Shown here piece after piece: positions 14,193 through 29,225 of a stretch of DNA of 64,000 bases. Position 1 is the first letter of the stretch. Every line of letters starts with the position of its first letter. The notes beneath the pieces were generated by a model. That model saw only the letters and a program-made list of their open reading frames with translations, searched no databases and had not been told where the DNA came from. This DNA comes from the human T2T-CHM13v2.0 reference genome, Homo sapiens. The stretch lies in the NCBI RefSeq assembly GCF_009914755.1, contig NC_060930.1; one strand, written 5' to 3'. The translations under genes were made by a program, and so were the position numbers.

Positions 14193-14337
14193 TGCCAGGC
14201 AGGGTGGCTCACGCCTGTAATCCCAACACTTTGGGAGGCCGAGGTGGGAGGACTGCTTGAGGCCAAGATTGGAGATCAGCCTGGGCAACATATTGACACC
14301 CTGCCTCTACCAAAAAAAAAATTAAAAATTAAAAAAG
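14193..14337 (+). mobile_element. Alu monomer (FLAM/AluJ left arm)
   Basis: Single arm followed by an A-rich tail. Confidence 0.85.
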
Positions 14338-14339
14338 AG

Positions 14340-14750
14340 GGAGCTGCACCTCCACTTCTGCAGGTTCTCCCAGCAGGCACGAGAGCCCAGCGCTGTTCTC
14401 ACTTCCTGCCTCGGGACTTCTTTCCAAGCCAGCCCTTATGACAGGCATCCAGGAAGTTCAAGGAAGGTAAACACCCTGGACAGCTCTCAACCAATGGAAG
14501 ACAGAGTTGGTGGACAAGTGCCCCAGTCTCTTCCTTCCTGTGGTCAGTTCTGAGGCGTGGCTTCCAGTTCCACCGGCAGATGGAACCCTGGTGCCCACAG
14601 CAGTGCCAGCTCCGTCCTGCACCTTCGCCATTCTTCCTCCTTCCTGCTCACTCCACCACCTCCCTCGCTCCTGCTGCTGGGGCTCGTCTCCCAAACACAC
14701 AAATCTATCCTCGCCTTGGGCTCTGCTCTGGGGGAACCCGAGCCAGCTTG
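14340..14750 (+). mobile_element. LTR16-like ERVL LTR relic
   Basis: ctcaaccaatgg...gagttggtggacaagtgccccag, and the terminal ggctctgctctgggggaaccc. Confidence 0.55.
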
Positions 14751-17537
14751 TGCAAGAGAAACTGTAAATCCAGATTTGGATGGGAAATCTGCCCGTTTTC
14801 AATGGGGGCCCAACAAAACCAGTCTGAGAGCTGGTTTTGACACACAAGCCCTGGGTTTGCAACTACATGCTGTCAGTTCCCTGCAGTCAGGCGTTCTGTT
14901 CACATCACTTCCCCAACATTTATTGAGTACCTAGTGTATTCACTGCATAGGTGGGTGGGAGGAGGCTCAGAAACCAGCTAGGAAGGTAAACAACTCAGAG
15001 ATGGCCCCACTGGTGTGCACACTCTTACAAGAAGGTGTCCACAGTGCCTGGGCAGGAGGAACCAAGCTGTGGGGTCCTGGCTCAGCAGTAGGGTAGGTGG
15101 TCTAGGGAGGCTTCTGGGAGGAGACTGCATTTGAAGTGGCAGAGCAGAGGTCTTGGAGAGATGGGTACAGGACTGCTGTCTGTCATTGCCCCTACCTCTC
15201 TGTGGCACTGCCCCAAGCTCCTTTGGAAGGTCAGCCTGGTGAGAACTACATGATCCCCATGGCTTCGGTTGATGGCACCAAGGCAGGCACCTGACCCAAG
15301 ACAGCCAATAACTAGTGAAGAGGCTGCCTTGCCCCGTAGCTTGGCCTGGAATCTGCTCAGGAGATTAACCTGTCCACAGCACTGTGCAGGGGCATTCACT
15401 AGTGGATCCGCAGAGGAGGGGCAGAGGAAGGACTCGGGGAGGCCATGGGGCATCAGATCCATGTAGGATCAAAACCATGAGGCAGCACATTCTGTGGGTC
15501 ATGAGTGAGTGGGAAGCTGGCTGGTGACGAGAGGAGAATGAAGTGCAGTCCAGAGGCAGTGGAAGCCCACCTGTGTCCCTGGGGGAGTTCAGAGATGTGG
15601 AGGATCTGTATATAGAATACGATAAGAGACCAGAAAGCCTGCTGTGGCCAGATTCCAGGAAGTACTCCGGTCAGATAGGTGTGTGCCCTAGACAGATCTG
15701 GCCCAGGGAAGAGGAGGGACTGGAGTCGGGGGATGGTAGTGGCACAGAGATGTCCTGGGCCTAAGCCAGGCCAGGGGCGCTGGGGGAAGCAGGCTCAGGC
15801 CCGCCGCTCTGGGGACCACATTGCCCAGGCAGAAGCGCAGCATGCATACAGCGGGTGCAGCAGAGAGAACAGGGGCTGCTGTTTCCAACTCGGGCAACCA
15901 GGAGGACGGCAGGGCTATGGACCTAGGAAGAGAGGCTCGTTTGGGTTGGTTGGGTTAGGGCTGTGGTTTTAAGGTAAAACTGAACCAGGCAGTTGGAAGT
16001 GCTGAACTGGAGCCCCGGAGAGAGGCTGGTAGTTCAAATCAAGCTAGGAGGCATCCGTGTCGAGGGGGCCAGGGGAGGATTAGTTCTCCAAGAGAAGATC
16101 CTGGCTAGTTTCCCCACCGCCCCACATCCACACCATGTGCCCAAGAAACAAACTCGCAACTCACCATCACAGCCTCCCTTGCAGCCAGAGATGACTGTGA
16201 CATCCCTGGGCAGCTGAGCCAGCCCAGGACCCCCACCTCCAGACTTCTTGTTATGCAAGAAATAAAACGCCACTGTCACTCAAGTCTTCCTGAATTGCAG
16301 CTGCTCACTTTCCTAGCGGATTCAGTGGTCAAGGGTGGTCCTGGAGCATTTAGACAGCAAGAGGGTGGGGCTTTCACAAAAGCACTGGAGAGGTGGGGGT
16401 TTGGCATGGTGGGTGGAGGCTGGGGAGCACCGCATGGTTAAGTTGAGGGAGTCTAAGTAAGTCAGAACACTGCCAAGGGCAGGCCCTGGGGGCGAGAGGT
16501 CGGCAGTCACTGGAGACTCACTAAAGCCACTGGAGTGAGCAGTGGGAGCTGGAGGCCGCGTGGAGGAGGCGAGGAGGGTGGGAAATGAGGAAGTGGAGGC
16601 TGTGACTGTGGAGTCCTGGCTCCCAAAGCCGACGGGGGAGGTCGGAGAGAGGTGAGAGCGCACATATTTGACACTGAGGCCTCACCGGATTTCTTCCTGT
16701 TGCTGCTCCCTCTTGGGCAGATAACTCAGCTGGCCCCACCGTGAGAGGCAAGGAACCCTGCGACTGTGCCGGGTTTGTATGATGCGGAGTCTGGGGCTGT
16801 GAGCAACTTGGAGAGCACAGGGTCTGCCCCCTCATGCTTCAGCTGAAGATGGAGGCCCCAGTGACTCGGAGTGAGGAAAGGCCTGCCTCCTCTCCTGCCA
16901 CCGAGAATTTCGAATTTCTTCTCCTCCCCCGGCCCCGCCCATTCACACCAGCCCAGGCTAGCTGCAAATTAGAAATGGACAAAGTGTTGGGGAAAGGGGG
17001 CCTTGGAAGGAGGAAGGCAAGACCTGTGCTGGCCCTGGTGTGAGGGCCTGGGGGCAGGACTAGGGGAGAGGACATAGTGTCGGTGGATGGCCCCTTCCCT
17101 GATTTCAGCCAGGGTGTCCTGCAGGCCTCTTTGCTAGAGGTCAGAGGGAGGGTCCCTGCCACTAGCATCTGGATCTGACCACATTAGGTACATGTGGACA
17201 TGGGACCCCTAGTCTTATTGGGTCCATGAGTACATTAGTGCCAAGGTATCTTGGCCTGGGGGCAACAGCTCAAATCATTGTTCAGATGGCTGTGATGTCA
17301 CCTGCTCATGGGTTTCTGAGGATCTTTCTGCTATTCCAGGGATTCTTCATGCCAGCCTCTCTCTCGGTTCCAGCAACCTGAAAATCTCCTGTCAGCCACA
17401 TTTAGCTGTGTTATAAGGACACCTCCTCCTGGGAGGCACCCTGGCTTGCCCTTTCACCTTCCTTCTGCCTTGTACAGACCCACATTGACACTCACCCAGC
17501 TGCAAATAACTGTTTGCTTGTTTCCACAGTACTAGAT

Positions 17538-18878
17538 CAGTAGTTCTTGAACTTTTTGGTGTCAGGAGCCCTTTACACTCTTAAGTATTATTGAGGACCA
17601 CAAAGAAGGTTGGTTTATGTGGGTTTATTGATAGTTGCCATATTTGATATTAAAACTGAGAAACTTTTAAATACTCACTTATTAATTCATTTAAAATAAA
17701 AACAATATACTCAGTTCATGTTAATATAAGTAATATATGTTTGTGGAAGATAACTGTTTTCAAAATCAAAAGAGAAGAGCAATATTGCTTTACAGATTTG
17801 CAAATCTCTTAAGTGTCTGGCTTAATGAAAGACAGCTAGACTCTGTTATCTGCTTCTACATTAAATCTCCTGCAATATGTTGTTTGGGTTGAAGTACATA
17901 AAGAAAATCTGGCTTTGCTTAGATATGGAGTTAGAACAGAGGAGAATTCTAATGGCCTTTTCAGTTGTTGTGGACGTTCTTCTTTGATACTACACCAAAC
18001 CTCATCAAGTAGTAGATTTTTGAGGGTTACCTGCAGTCTGGAATTTAAAGCCTCATCAACAAACTTTTCGTATTCTGCTATATTAAAATCCATCCGTCTG
18101 TCTTATACTCTGAATGGATCTTTACCCAAGCATGACTTTATAACATCATGCATGCATTGATCACTTGGAAATAAAACTCTTTAAAATATTGGGAAGCTGT
18201 CAAGCTCATAGCAGCAAATAAAAGTTTTCCAAAATTCTAATTTTTGCTTGAAAACTCAAATTTTTGTCATTGGCAACAAATACTGTCAGTTGTTTTCCTT
18301 GAAGCAACATGTTCACTTCATTCATTTTTGAGAAAATGTATGCCAAATAACCAAGACTGAATAATTATAGTTGGTCTACGGTTGTTTTTCTCGAGTAAAA
18401 ATTGTGTTCAATGGGGGTAAAGATGGCAATTTCAGCTCACAGCTCAAACAATCTCATGAATGCTGTTCTTTTAGACAACCATCATTCTTCAGAAATGCTT
18501 CACATGTACTTCTCATTTCTCTACACATAATACTAAAAAGACATATACTCATGGATAGAGATTTAATGAAGTTAATTATTTTGATTGGTTCATCAAGGAC
18601 ATTCGTAATATAACTGGCTTTTCTTTCTTGCCTCCAGGCGTGTGATGGTGAAGAACGCCATGGCTACTAGGAGGGTCTGGTGCCACCACCTCGACCCTTG
18701 CTAAGCCACAGCACTTTGAAGCAGGTAGCTTTTGCAGCATCAGTGGCAAAGATGAACAAAGTGAAAATGGCAAATAGCATCTTAGCGTTATTAAGAAACA
18801 GTTCTGACCTCAAGGCCTCCCCCTGAGAGGGTCTTAGGAACCGCCAGAGGTCCTCTGATTACACCTTGAGAACTGAGC
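17538..18878 (-). mobile_element. Charlie1-family hAT DNA transposon relic
   Basis: Terminal cagtagttcttgaa and ttgagaactg resemble the CAGTGGTTCTCAAA TIR. ORF 17836-18093(-) reads WCSIKEE..P..YLSKARFS...T.TTYCRRFNVEADNR, a decayed hAT C-terminal dimerisation domain. Confidence 0.8.
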
Positions 18879-20768
18879 CCCTGAAGGCAGGGACCATATA
18901 AACTTGTCCTGTGTCCTGGGGCAGAGGCGATGCCCGATACACATGCATAGAATATGAGTCAACACTGCTGTGCGCATGTCACCCTCACGGCCACTCTGGA
19001 GGCAGGCGCTTTTGTCATCAAACCCATTTCACATGTGAGGGCGCTGAAGCCCAAAGAAAGCAGCGCCTCACTCTGCTGCCTCATACTCTGTTAAAAGGAG
19101 AATCATGCCAACCTCCAGAAATGAGGCGGGAAAATGACTGCGCTCCGTGACCTGTCAATTACCCCCTGGAGACAGCCAGCAGCTGTCCTCATCCCTAGGC
19201 TGCGGTCAGAGAAACATGGACCCCGAGAGGTTAAGGGCTTGCCCAGGTCTGGAGCTCTGGTCTGTCAGGGTCCTGGACACCAGAGCTTCGGGATCAGCTG
19301 GAGAACGGCCCAGTGCTCCTGGCAGCAGGGCCCCCTCTGGCCCCGGGTACCTGGTGGCTGAACAGCCCCAGCTACCCCAGCCCCACCCCACCCAGTAATA
19401 CCTCCCCTCCAAGCTCCTTCTCCTGGTCCTGGGACCCAGGCCCTGTGGACAGGTCCCATTCTGGTTGGGCTGTGTGGCCTCCCCTCCCTGGGCCACCTGG
19501 ACAGTGGGGTGGTAGGTGGTGGCACAGCTTCTCTGACCCCCGCTGCTCCCTCTGGCTCGCCCATGCTGGGCCTTCCGTGTTGTCCCCAAGGCTCCCTGAG
19601 ACCTGCTGACAGGCCAGTTGCCTCCGGGAAGCAGCGCAGCCAGCTGACAGGATCAGTTAACACACGAAGGCCTCTCTTCTGTTTGCTGAGGCCCCTAGAG
19701 GCCCCATGCTCATTTTTTTCCTCTCCCAGAATCTCAGAAAAGTAAATAACCACCCGAGCTGCTCTAGCGGGTAAACAGCCCAGAGTTTGCTCTCCTAATT
19801 GCCACCCCGCCCCCAGGCTGGATGCACCTGAGGGCTGACGGTTCATCTGGAATTCATTTCCCTCCATTCCCCTGCCGCCCACTGCCCACCCCACGCCCCT
19901 CCCAGAGTGCCATCAGGGTGGTGGGGGGAAAGGTGTCTGCACGAGCTACCCAGAGCACTAGGGCCAGAACCATGCTGAGAGGTTCCAGAGGCCTGAGAAG
20001 GGCAGGGCCCAAGGCTCAGAAGGAGCCAGCAGGACTGAGGGGCAGGGCTGTGGGGGGCAGATGTGACCTAGAGCCAGCCAGGACCAGAGGACCCTCTGCC
20101 AAAGGGTGGCTCCCATAGGAGCCGTACTCCATGCCATTGGCCCTGGATCTCGGCATGTTCTCTCACAGTGTGTCACTGGAGGTCACCTCCCTCAGCCTGC
20201 CCTGAGCACCTCTGCCCTGCTTTAAAACTTGTTCTGGCTCAGCCCCCAATCTGTGTCCCACCCTCCCCACCGGTGTCCGCACCCTCCTTGTTCTTACCTT
20301 CCAGTCCCCGTCCCCTGTGACACTTTTCCCACCTTTGGGTCCCTCCGAGGCGTGTCTACCAACAGAAGCACTAGCAGCTCAGACCAACTCTGCTTTGCTA
20401 AGGTCTGGGGTGGGGGTGCCAGGCACAGGGCCAGACCATGGGAGCACCCTGCCCTAAGAGCCCAGGAATACAGGGAAGAGAAGCAGTCACACCATGGCTG
20501 AGGAAGGGCTCAATATGTCCCTGTGCCCCATATATCATCCTTCCCACTTTACAGGTGAGGAAACTGAGGCTGGCAAGGCTAAGGGCCTGACCTGCAGTGA
20601 CACAGCCAGTGAGTATCTGGGCCGGACTGAACTCGAGACCTTTTTCATGACCTTGGGAAGGACATAGCTGCAGAGCCTGGGACACTCTGGAGGCAGCCAG
20701 GCCTGGACTCCACCCTCGTCTGAGCTATGTGGCCATGGAAGTGTCTGCTAACACCTCTGGGCCTCCGT

Positions 20769-20769
20769 T

Positions 20770-20816
<47 letters not shown>

Positions 20817-20831
20817 TGCTCGCTCTCTCTC
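20769..20831. repeat. (TC)n microsatellite at an Alu tail
   Basis: Direct reading. Confidence 0.9.
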
Positions 20832-21148
<317 letters not shown>

Positions 21149-22239
21149 TAAAATGGGGACAAACAAGCCCCACCTCAGACAAATATAATGAGAGCATCTG
21201 TCATCTGATAGGTATTGAGAAAGCAGTAGCTCTATTATTATTATTATTACTACTACTACGACTAAAGTTATTATTGTTGCCAGTCTAATGACAGCCCCAA
21301 ATCCAAGGATGGTTTTTAGGGAATGGATTTGCCAGACAAGCAGCCCCTCTGATGGCCCCTGGGCCCCAGAATGAGAGCTATTAGCCAAGGGTCAGACTCC
21401 TGCGACTTGGTTGGGAGCACAGAAATGTGACAACTGGGATCTGAGGCACAAGGCTGAGAGGGTGGCAGGTGTGGAATCTAACAGCTGCAAGTGAGGATGG
21501 CCTAAGAAGATTAAGATTTGGTGTGTCAACATCACCGGACATCAGCGAGAGGGCAGGAGGCTGGTGGATAGCCTGCTGCAATGCCAGATAAGAGAACTTG
21601 CCTCCAAATCCCCAGGTCCAGGGTGGGGGGCCCTGGAGGCCTAGGGGGTTACCTAGAGACACAGATGGCAGCTTGGAGCCAGGGCACAAACATAGGTTGG
21701 GGAGCTGGTCCAGTCCTGTGATGCCCGATGCTGGCAGCCCCCCGTGTGTGGGAGGTTCTGTCTTGGGCAGGAGAAGCCCCTGCCCAGATTACAGGCAGGT
21801 CTCAGAGGGTTTATTATAGTGTGGACCAGAGAGCTGCCTATGTCTCCTGGAGGGTGCCTGGGTCCCCTGGAGATTTTCAGGCTTTGTGTTCAGAAACCAT
21901 GGTCATTGAACAGATATGGGATGACCACATATGGGAGGGTGGGAGCTGGGTCACTAATCTGGGATATTGGCTGCTTTGGCTTTTACGTGCAGAGAAATAC
22001 ACTTCTATCTTGTGTAAGCTACTGCTAATTTGAGTCTGTGCCATGTGACATCAATCCTATGTCCTAACTCACAGAACCAGCTGTGACTCCATCCCTCCAC
22101 TACCGGTTGGGAAGAGCAGGCAGTCTCTGCAGCAGACCCTCTCTTTATTTATTTTACATGTAATTTTGTATTATGATTCACTTTTTTGAATAGGTAATAC
22201 ATGCATATAGTACAACATTTACAAGGTAGGTAAGTTTGT

Positions 22240-22670
22240 AATTAAAACTAGTTTGACTGGAATGCAGACTATTATTGACAGAGGCTGAAACAAGGTAGAT
22301 GTTTATTTCTCTCTCACATGAAAATCTGGAGTAAGCGATCCAGACTGTCCACCCACACTTCCCTCCCCCAAGCACCAATATCATAGATCAGTGACCCATG
22401 AAGAGTTTAAGGAGTCAGGGACCTTCCAGCTCACTGTTCCACCATACCTGGGTGTGTCCCCTTCTTCATGGTCCAAGACCACAGCCATGGCAATGGGAAG
22501 AAGGGAAGATGAAGAAGGGCCAAGAGCACACCAGGTCTTTTAAGGAACGTTTTCAGAAGCTGCCACTTGGTGCATCTGTTTACACTCCGTAGACCAGAAC
22601 TTAATCACAGAAACACACTGAGCTGCATGGCAGATGGGGAAATGTAGCCTTCACCTGGGCAGCCATCTTA
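22240..22670 (-). mobile_element. MLT1 (ERVL-MaLR) LTR relic
   Basis: gaggctgaaacaaggtagatgtttatttctctctcacatg...gggaaatgtagcct, a pattern of old MLT1 elements. Confidence 0.6.
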
Positions 22671-23202
<532 letters not shown>

Positions 23203-23611
23203 CTAGTTAACAGTGCACATGCTGAATGTTTAGGGGTGAAGTGCACTGATGTCTGCAACTTACTTTGAAATGCTTCAAAAAATAAGATGGATGGGTGGAT
23301 GAGATACGTGGAACAAAGTAAATCTCATGAACTGTTCATTGTAGAATTGAGGTGATGGACAAATGGATGTGTTCTTTGTTCAACTCTTCCAACTTTTCCA
23401 TTATGTTTAGAAATTTTCATAACAAAATGTTTATGGAAAATGTGTCCCCTGCCTCCATCCTATTCTCTGGCCACCCAAATCCTCCTACCAGCTTCTCGCG
23501 TGTCCCGTTGGCAATAGTCTAGTTGGCAAAGGACACACAACAGTCTTTGTCTTACCCAAACGCCAGACTGTTCCATGCTCTGTTTGTTCCTTGATTAAGA
23601 GAAACCCCTCA

Positions 23612-23916
<305 letters not shown>

Positions 23917-25799
23917 GGAAACCTCTCAGTTGAAATGCTGCCCCCTGAGCTGCCCCAAGCAATCAAAGGAGGAAGCCCCTCTGTAGACCTCCCAGCTGCC
24001 CATCAGCCCCAGACCCTCACCCTCCTGCTCATTGAGCCCCATTGAATCTAATCCCTCATCCTCCACAATCTGAGCCACATGGCAGACAGGGAAATGTAGT
24101 CTTTACCTGGGTGGCCATCTTAGAAAAAATGGACCATGGATGGTCTCTTGGCAGAGATTCTCCAGGAAGGGGCCAGGGGAAGCTCTCCGAAGCAATGATA
24201 ATTTTCTGTATCTTGATAGAGGTTGGGGCCCCCCTCCCCCGCAATCCCCTCTTCTAAGCACCTTCCTGCCACCTGAGGGCCTTATGAAACCTTGCTGGTT
24301 CCTTCCCAGTAAAGCTGTTAACCCATCTCCTGTTAATCCCTTATCCTTCCCCCTGCTTCAGGATAGATGGGCGGGAGGAATCCTCCCGTGCGCCGCCTGG
24401 GCTCTTGGTCCTCTTGGTTTCTTCTAGGTCTTGGTGCATGGGCTTCCTTGCCACCCTTTCTAGTTGGGCCTCCTGGTGACCCACTCCAGAGGAGGGAGCC
24501 ATGGACTCGGACGGGGTCTGGGAGGGAGTCCTCAGGGAGGGGATGGCTTGGTGAGGTCTTAAAAGATAGGCAGGCTCTCCAGTGGAGACAGGAACTGCGT
24601 TCCAGGCTGAGTGAGTGGGAAGTGGAAGGGAGCAGCCTCCTTCGGGAAACGGTGACTGGGCTGGCGTGGCTGCAGTGTCTGCAGGGTGGGGGCCACGGGG
24701 GAAGCCAGGCTTATTAGGAGGGGTGTCAGAGTGAGGCTGGAGAGGATTGGGTCAGCCTCAGGCGCCCAGGCCTTGGTGCCTCTCTCCTCAGCGCCCAGGC
24801 ATGTTGGATGCCAGAGCCAAGAGAAACAGATATTTTTAATTCTGAAAGGTGTGGCCAAATCGCGCCCCCACCCCGTCCCCCACCCCCGCCCCGCCATGGG
24901 GGCTGTGGCAGCTTCACCCTCCCTGCACAGCGAGGTTCCTGAGGCCCGCTTTGTTCACGGAGCTTCTGAACACGGCACTCAGGCGTGATGCTGGAGACCC
25001 AACCAGGTATCGATTTTTCCTCCATTGAGTTTGCAGAGAAGCTTCGCTCAATCCTCCGGTCGCTAAGGGCACCGCTCCGAAGCTCAGTCCCCCTGCCTCC
25101 TCTTCCCTTCCGCCCTTCCTCCTGCAGCACCTTCCTCTCTAGAGGCTGCAGCTTCCCCACCCCTCACAGCCTTACAGCTCTATCCTTCAAGGTTCAGCCC
25201 AGGCACCGCCTTCTCCAGGAAGCCCTACCTGGCCCTCCCGCCGTGGGCTCCATCCCCACACCTACCCTGTCATTGTTGCAGCGTGGTTTACTCGTGGGGC
25301 CCCATAATCGTGAGCTTGTTCACAGAGGAAGGAGGGATTCTCCCTGCTCCTGCATGGCCCATCTTTCCTAATTAAGTGCTGAGTTCACTGATAACTATTC
25401 AGCCAATAAACCAGTTTGCATCCTGCTGGTAAACCATTATGTCTCTATGCTTTCTTTCAAAAGAGGACACAGCTGTCACAAGCCAGAATCTAAAGCCTAT
25501 GGGTGGGACAAGAAGCCAGAGTTGTTTCTAAGTACCAGATCGAGGCGAGGGGGCAGGGCAAATCCAGGGACTCACAACCTATAGATGTGACTGGCCTTAC
25601 CTCTCTTATCACAAGGAGAGGAAAGAGGCAGGGAAGTCAGCACAGCACTGAGGTTCTGGGGTTGTTTGTTTCCGCAGCATAACACAGCCTATCCTGACAT
25701 CCTTGGTCAGATAGGAGAACAGCCACTGTCTCGTCTTTACATAGACGAGGAGGCTCGAGGGTAGAGACACAAGGCAGCACATCCAGCCTCGCAGCACTC

Positions 25800-26200
25800 A
25801 CCAATCAGTCATTCAACAAGTATTTATCAAGCACATACTGCGTCAGGCACGTTCTAGGCACTGAGAATACAACGATGAACAAGGCCAAAAGTCCCTGTCC
25901 TCAGGCAGCGTATAGCCTCCTGGGGGAGAGCGAGACAGGAAGCAAAAAAGCAACAGACACAGAGAATGTTTTCATACCACTTATGAAGAAAATGCAGTCA
26001 GGGGCTAGAGGCCTAGAGAGTGTGTACTATTTTAGACAGGATAGTCAGGGGAGGCCTCTCTGAGGAGGTGACATTTGTACAGAAATTAGAAGGAAGTAAA
26101 AGGGTGAGCCATGTTGGTTTCTGGAGAAAGTGGTCCAGGCAGCAGTGACAGCAAGTGCAAAGGCCCTGAGGTGGGAATCTACTTGTATCCTGAATGCTGA
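25800..26200 (-). mobile_element. L2 fragment
   Basis: cattcaacaagtatttatcaagcacatact...ggcctctctgaggaggtgacattt...gcaaaggccctgaggtggga. Confidence 0.75.
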
Positions 26201-29200
26201 GGCTGGAACCAAGACCTGGGGGTCTCTCTCTCTCAATCTCCAGCAGCTAGAAAGAAGGACTATGTTGAACCAGCCTCAAGGGAAACAAGGCAGGCAGGCT
26301 GCCCTGGGGCCTCCTCCCTTTGAGTCCCCCCGACCTGCAGCCCCAGAGCTCCTATGCCAGTCCTGGCCGCGCCCCCTGGCTAACTGGTAGCCACACTGCT
26401 GCTGCCTGCCAGGAATCCATAACACTGCCTTATTTGCAGGCCAAGTCCCCTGATATGATGTGGGAGGGAGGAGAGGACTTTGAAGCTAGGTGCTCCACCC
26501 CCGGGCCCTGGGAGCTGCTGGTTAATGAGGTCTCTGCAGCAAGCTGGGAGCATGGCCAAAGGCGCTGCAGAGGGCTACAGGAGGGGAAGCCCCAGGGACT
26601 TCTAAAATGATGTCCCTCGGAGGCCAGCCATCTGAGAAAGACCTTTCCCAAGCAGGCCACCAGGGCCAGGTTAATCACAAGGCCACAGAGCCAGGCTGCC
26701 TGGGTTGAATTCTGGCTCTGTCGCCCACTAACTGCCCACCATGAGCAAGTGAGTTACCCTGTAGGTGATAAGATGGTGATGATAATAACAGGTTAGTGTG
26801 AGGATTAAATGGGATTAGATCTGCAAGGTGCTTAGCCCATGACAAGTGCTATAAAAGTGTTTTTTAAATAAAAAGGAAAGTGCTTAGTAAAGTGTATTTT
26901 AAAATCACTCTCTCCCACGAAATTGTATTTAAAATGTTCAGTAGGAAAAGGGTTTGCCCCCTTTAAGAATAATCTGGCAAGAAACTGCTTCTGTCAGCAA
27001 AAATCAGTGATTGGGAAACAAAGCAGGAGTCGCCAGGGGTTTAATTAGTTCCTTTTAGCACTTAGAGCTCATCCGGAAGTCTGTGCAAATAGGAAGAGTG
27101 ATCAGCCTGGGACCGGACAGCCCCTCTGGTCTGGGGCACCAACCACTTGTCTAGTCCAGTTTTTTGGACACACATCACCTTTCTTTTCTCGTCTCTTTGT
27201 TACTAAGGCGCACTTTCAGTTTGCCCTTAAAAGGGACAAAAGTGTGCCTGGCACAGAGGGCCTCATGGGTCTGGCCCTCTCTGGTTCTGTGTCCACATTG
27301 GTGAGATCAGTCTTCCCTTCAGGGCAAAACAAATGCCACTTTTATTTATTGAGCGCCTAATAGGTGCCCTGCAATGTACATTCTTCATTCCTGACATGTG
27401 TTCTTCATGCTGAGACCACACTCCCATTGCACAACTAGGAAAACTGAAGCTCAGGGAGGTTAGATGACTGCTCTGCACAACTGCTGGCTTAGAGGTCTCC
27501 TCCCACCAAGCAGGCTTTCCTCAGAAGGGGCGCTGGGGGTAGGACTGCGGCTGGGGGCCTCGTTGACCCCTTGCCTTCTTAGCTCCTCAGATCTCTCTAC
27601 CTGCCCCCTCCCTCTCTCGTGCCTTGTGCCTGAGTTTCCCCCTGAAGTGCTGCAGCTGGATAGTGAACTCCCTACAGCAGTCAAAGGAATGGAAGTTAAT
27701 GCCTACCCAGTCCCGGAGTGCAGTATGGTTTAGAAGATGAGCCAAGATGCCAGGAGAAATTAGGGATGGACTTCGTAGATGAAGAGATGTACTGTGTTCC
27801 TGGACTGGAAGACTCAGTATTGGTAGGATGTCAATTCTCCCCAAAATGATCTGTAGATTCAACACAATCCCAATCACAATGCCAGTAGGTTTCTGTGGAA
27901 ATTGACAAGCCTATTTATTCTAAGATTTATGTAAAAATGGGAAGAACCTAAAATAGCCCAGACAATCAGGAAGAACAAAGATGAACGACTTAAATTATCT
28001 GATTTTAAAACTTTCTATAAACTACAGCAATTAAGACACTGTGATATTGGCTTAAGGGTAGACAAATGGACCAATAAGAGAGGTTATAGAGAATCCAAAA
28101 ATAGACCCGTATATGTGGGTCAATTGATTTGCAACAAAGACACCACTGCAACTTTTCCATCCATGATGCTGGGTCAGCTGGATGAATTGGATCATAGAGA
28201 AAAAAAAGAAGCTTGAGACCACCTCATAGCATAAATAACAATTCTAAGTAGATCATAGATCTAAATATGAATGGTAAAACAATAAGGCATCTAGACAAAG
28301 ATTATAAGAGAATATTTTCATGAACTTGGGGTAGGGAAACATTTTTGAAACACAGAAAATACTACAGAGGAAACAATTGATAAATTGGGGTTCATTGAAA
28401 TGTAAAGCATCTGTTCATCAAAAGATACCACGAAGAGAGCAAAAAGACAAGCCACAGAGTGGGAGAAGATATCTACCTACATGTGGATCTGACAAAAACT
28501 CATATCCAGAATATATAAAGAGTTTCTACAAATCAAAAAGGAAAAGACAACTCACTCAAAAATGACCAAAAGACTTTAGGAGGCACACCATAAAGGAAGG
28601 TATCCAAATTTTCAATAAGCTATGAAAAAATGCTCAACATCATTGATCACAAATGATGGAAAAAGCAAACTAAGGCCAAAATAAGAGACCACAATACAGC
28701 CATTAGATTGACTAAAAAGAGAAAGACTGACAACACCAAGTACTGGTGATGATGTAGAGCAAGTAGAACTCTTTTACACTGCTAGGGGAATATAAATTGA
28801 TGCAACCACCTGGGCTACTTGCCTCTATCTAGTAAACCTAAACATATGTCAAATACATGGCCCAGCAATTCCATTCCTAGACATTACTCAAGAGAATTTG
28901 AAACATACGTTTACAAAAAGACATATGAAAGAATGTTCACCACAACTTTACTCAGAACAGGCCAAAACTGGGAACCTAAATCTGTATCAAAGGGAGATGA
29001 AATAATCATACAATGGAGTACTACTCAGCAATAAAAATAAACAAACTACTCATATATATAATGACATGGATGCATCTCACAAATATTATAATGAAGCAAT
29101 CCAGACACAAAATCATACATACTGTATGTACCGTATGGCTCAATTCATGTTAAGTTCAAAAACAGGCAAAAATAATCTGTGGTGATAGAAGTCAGAATGG

Positions 29201-29225
29201 TGGTTACCTCTTAAGGAGGTTAGGG

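Noticed and set aside
17836-18093. Domesticated transposase gene
   Set aside because: A short, decayed fragment inside a Charlie1 relic, with substitutions in conserved motifs.
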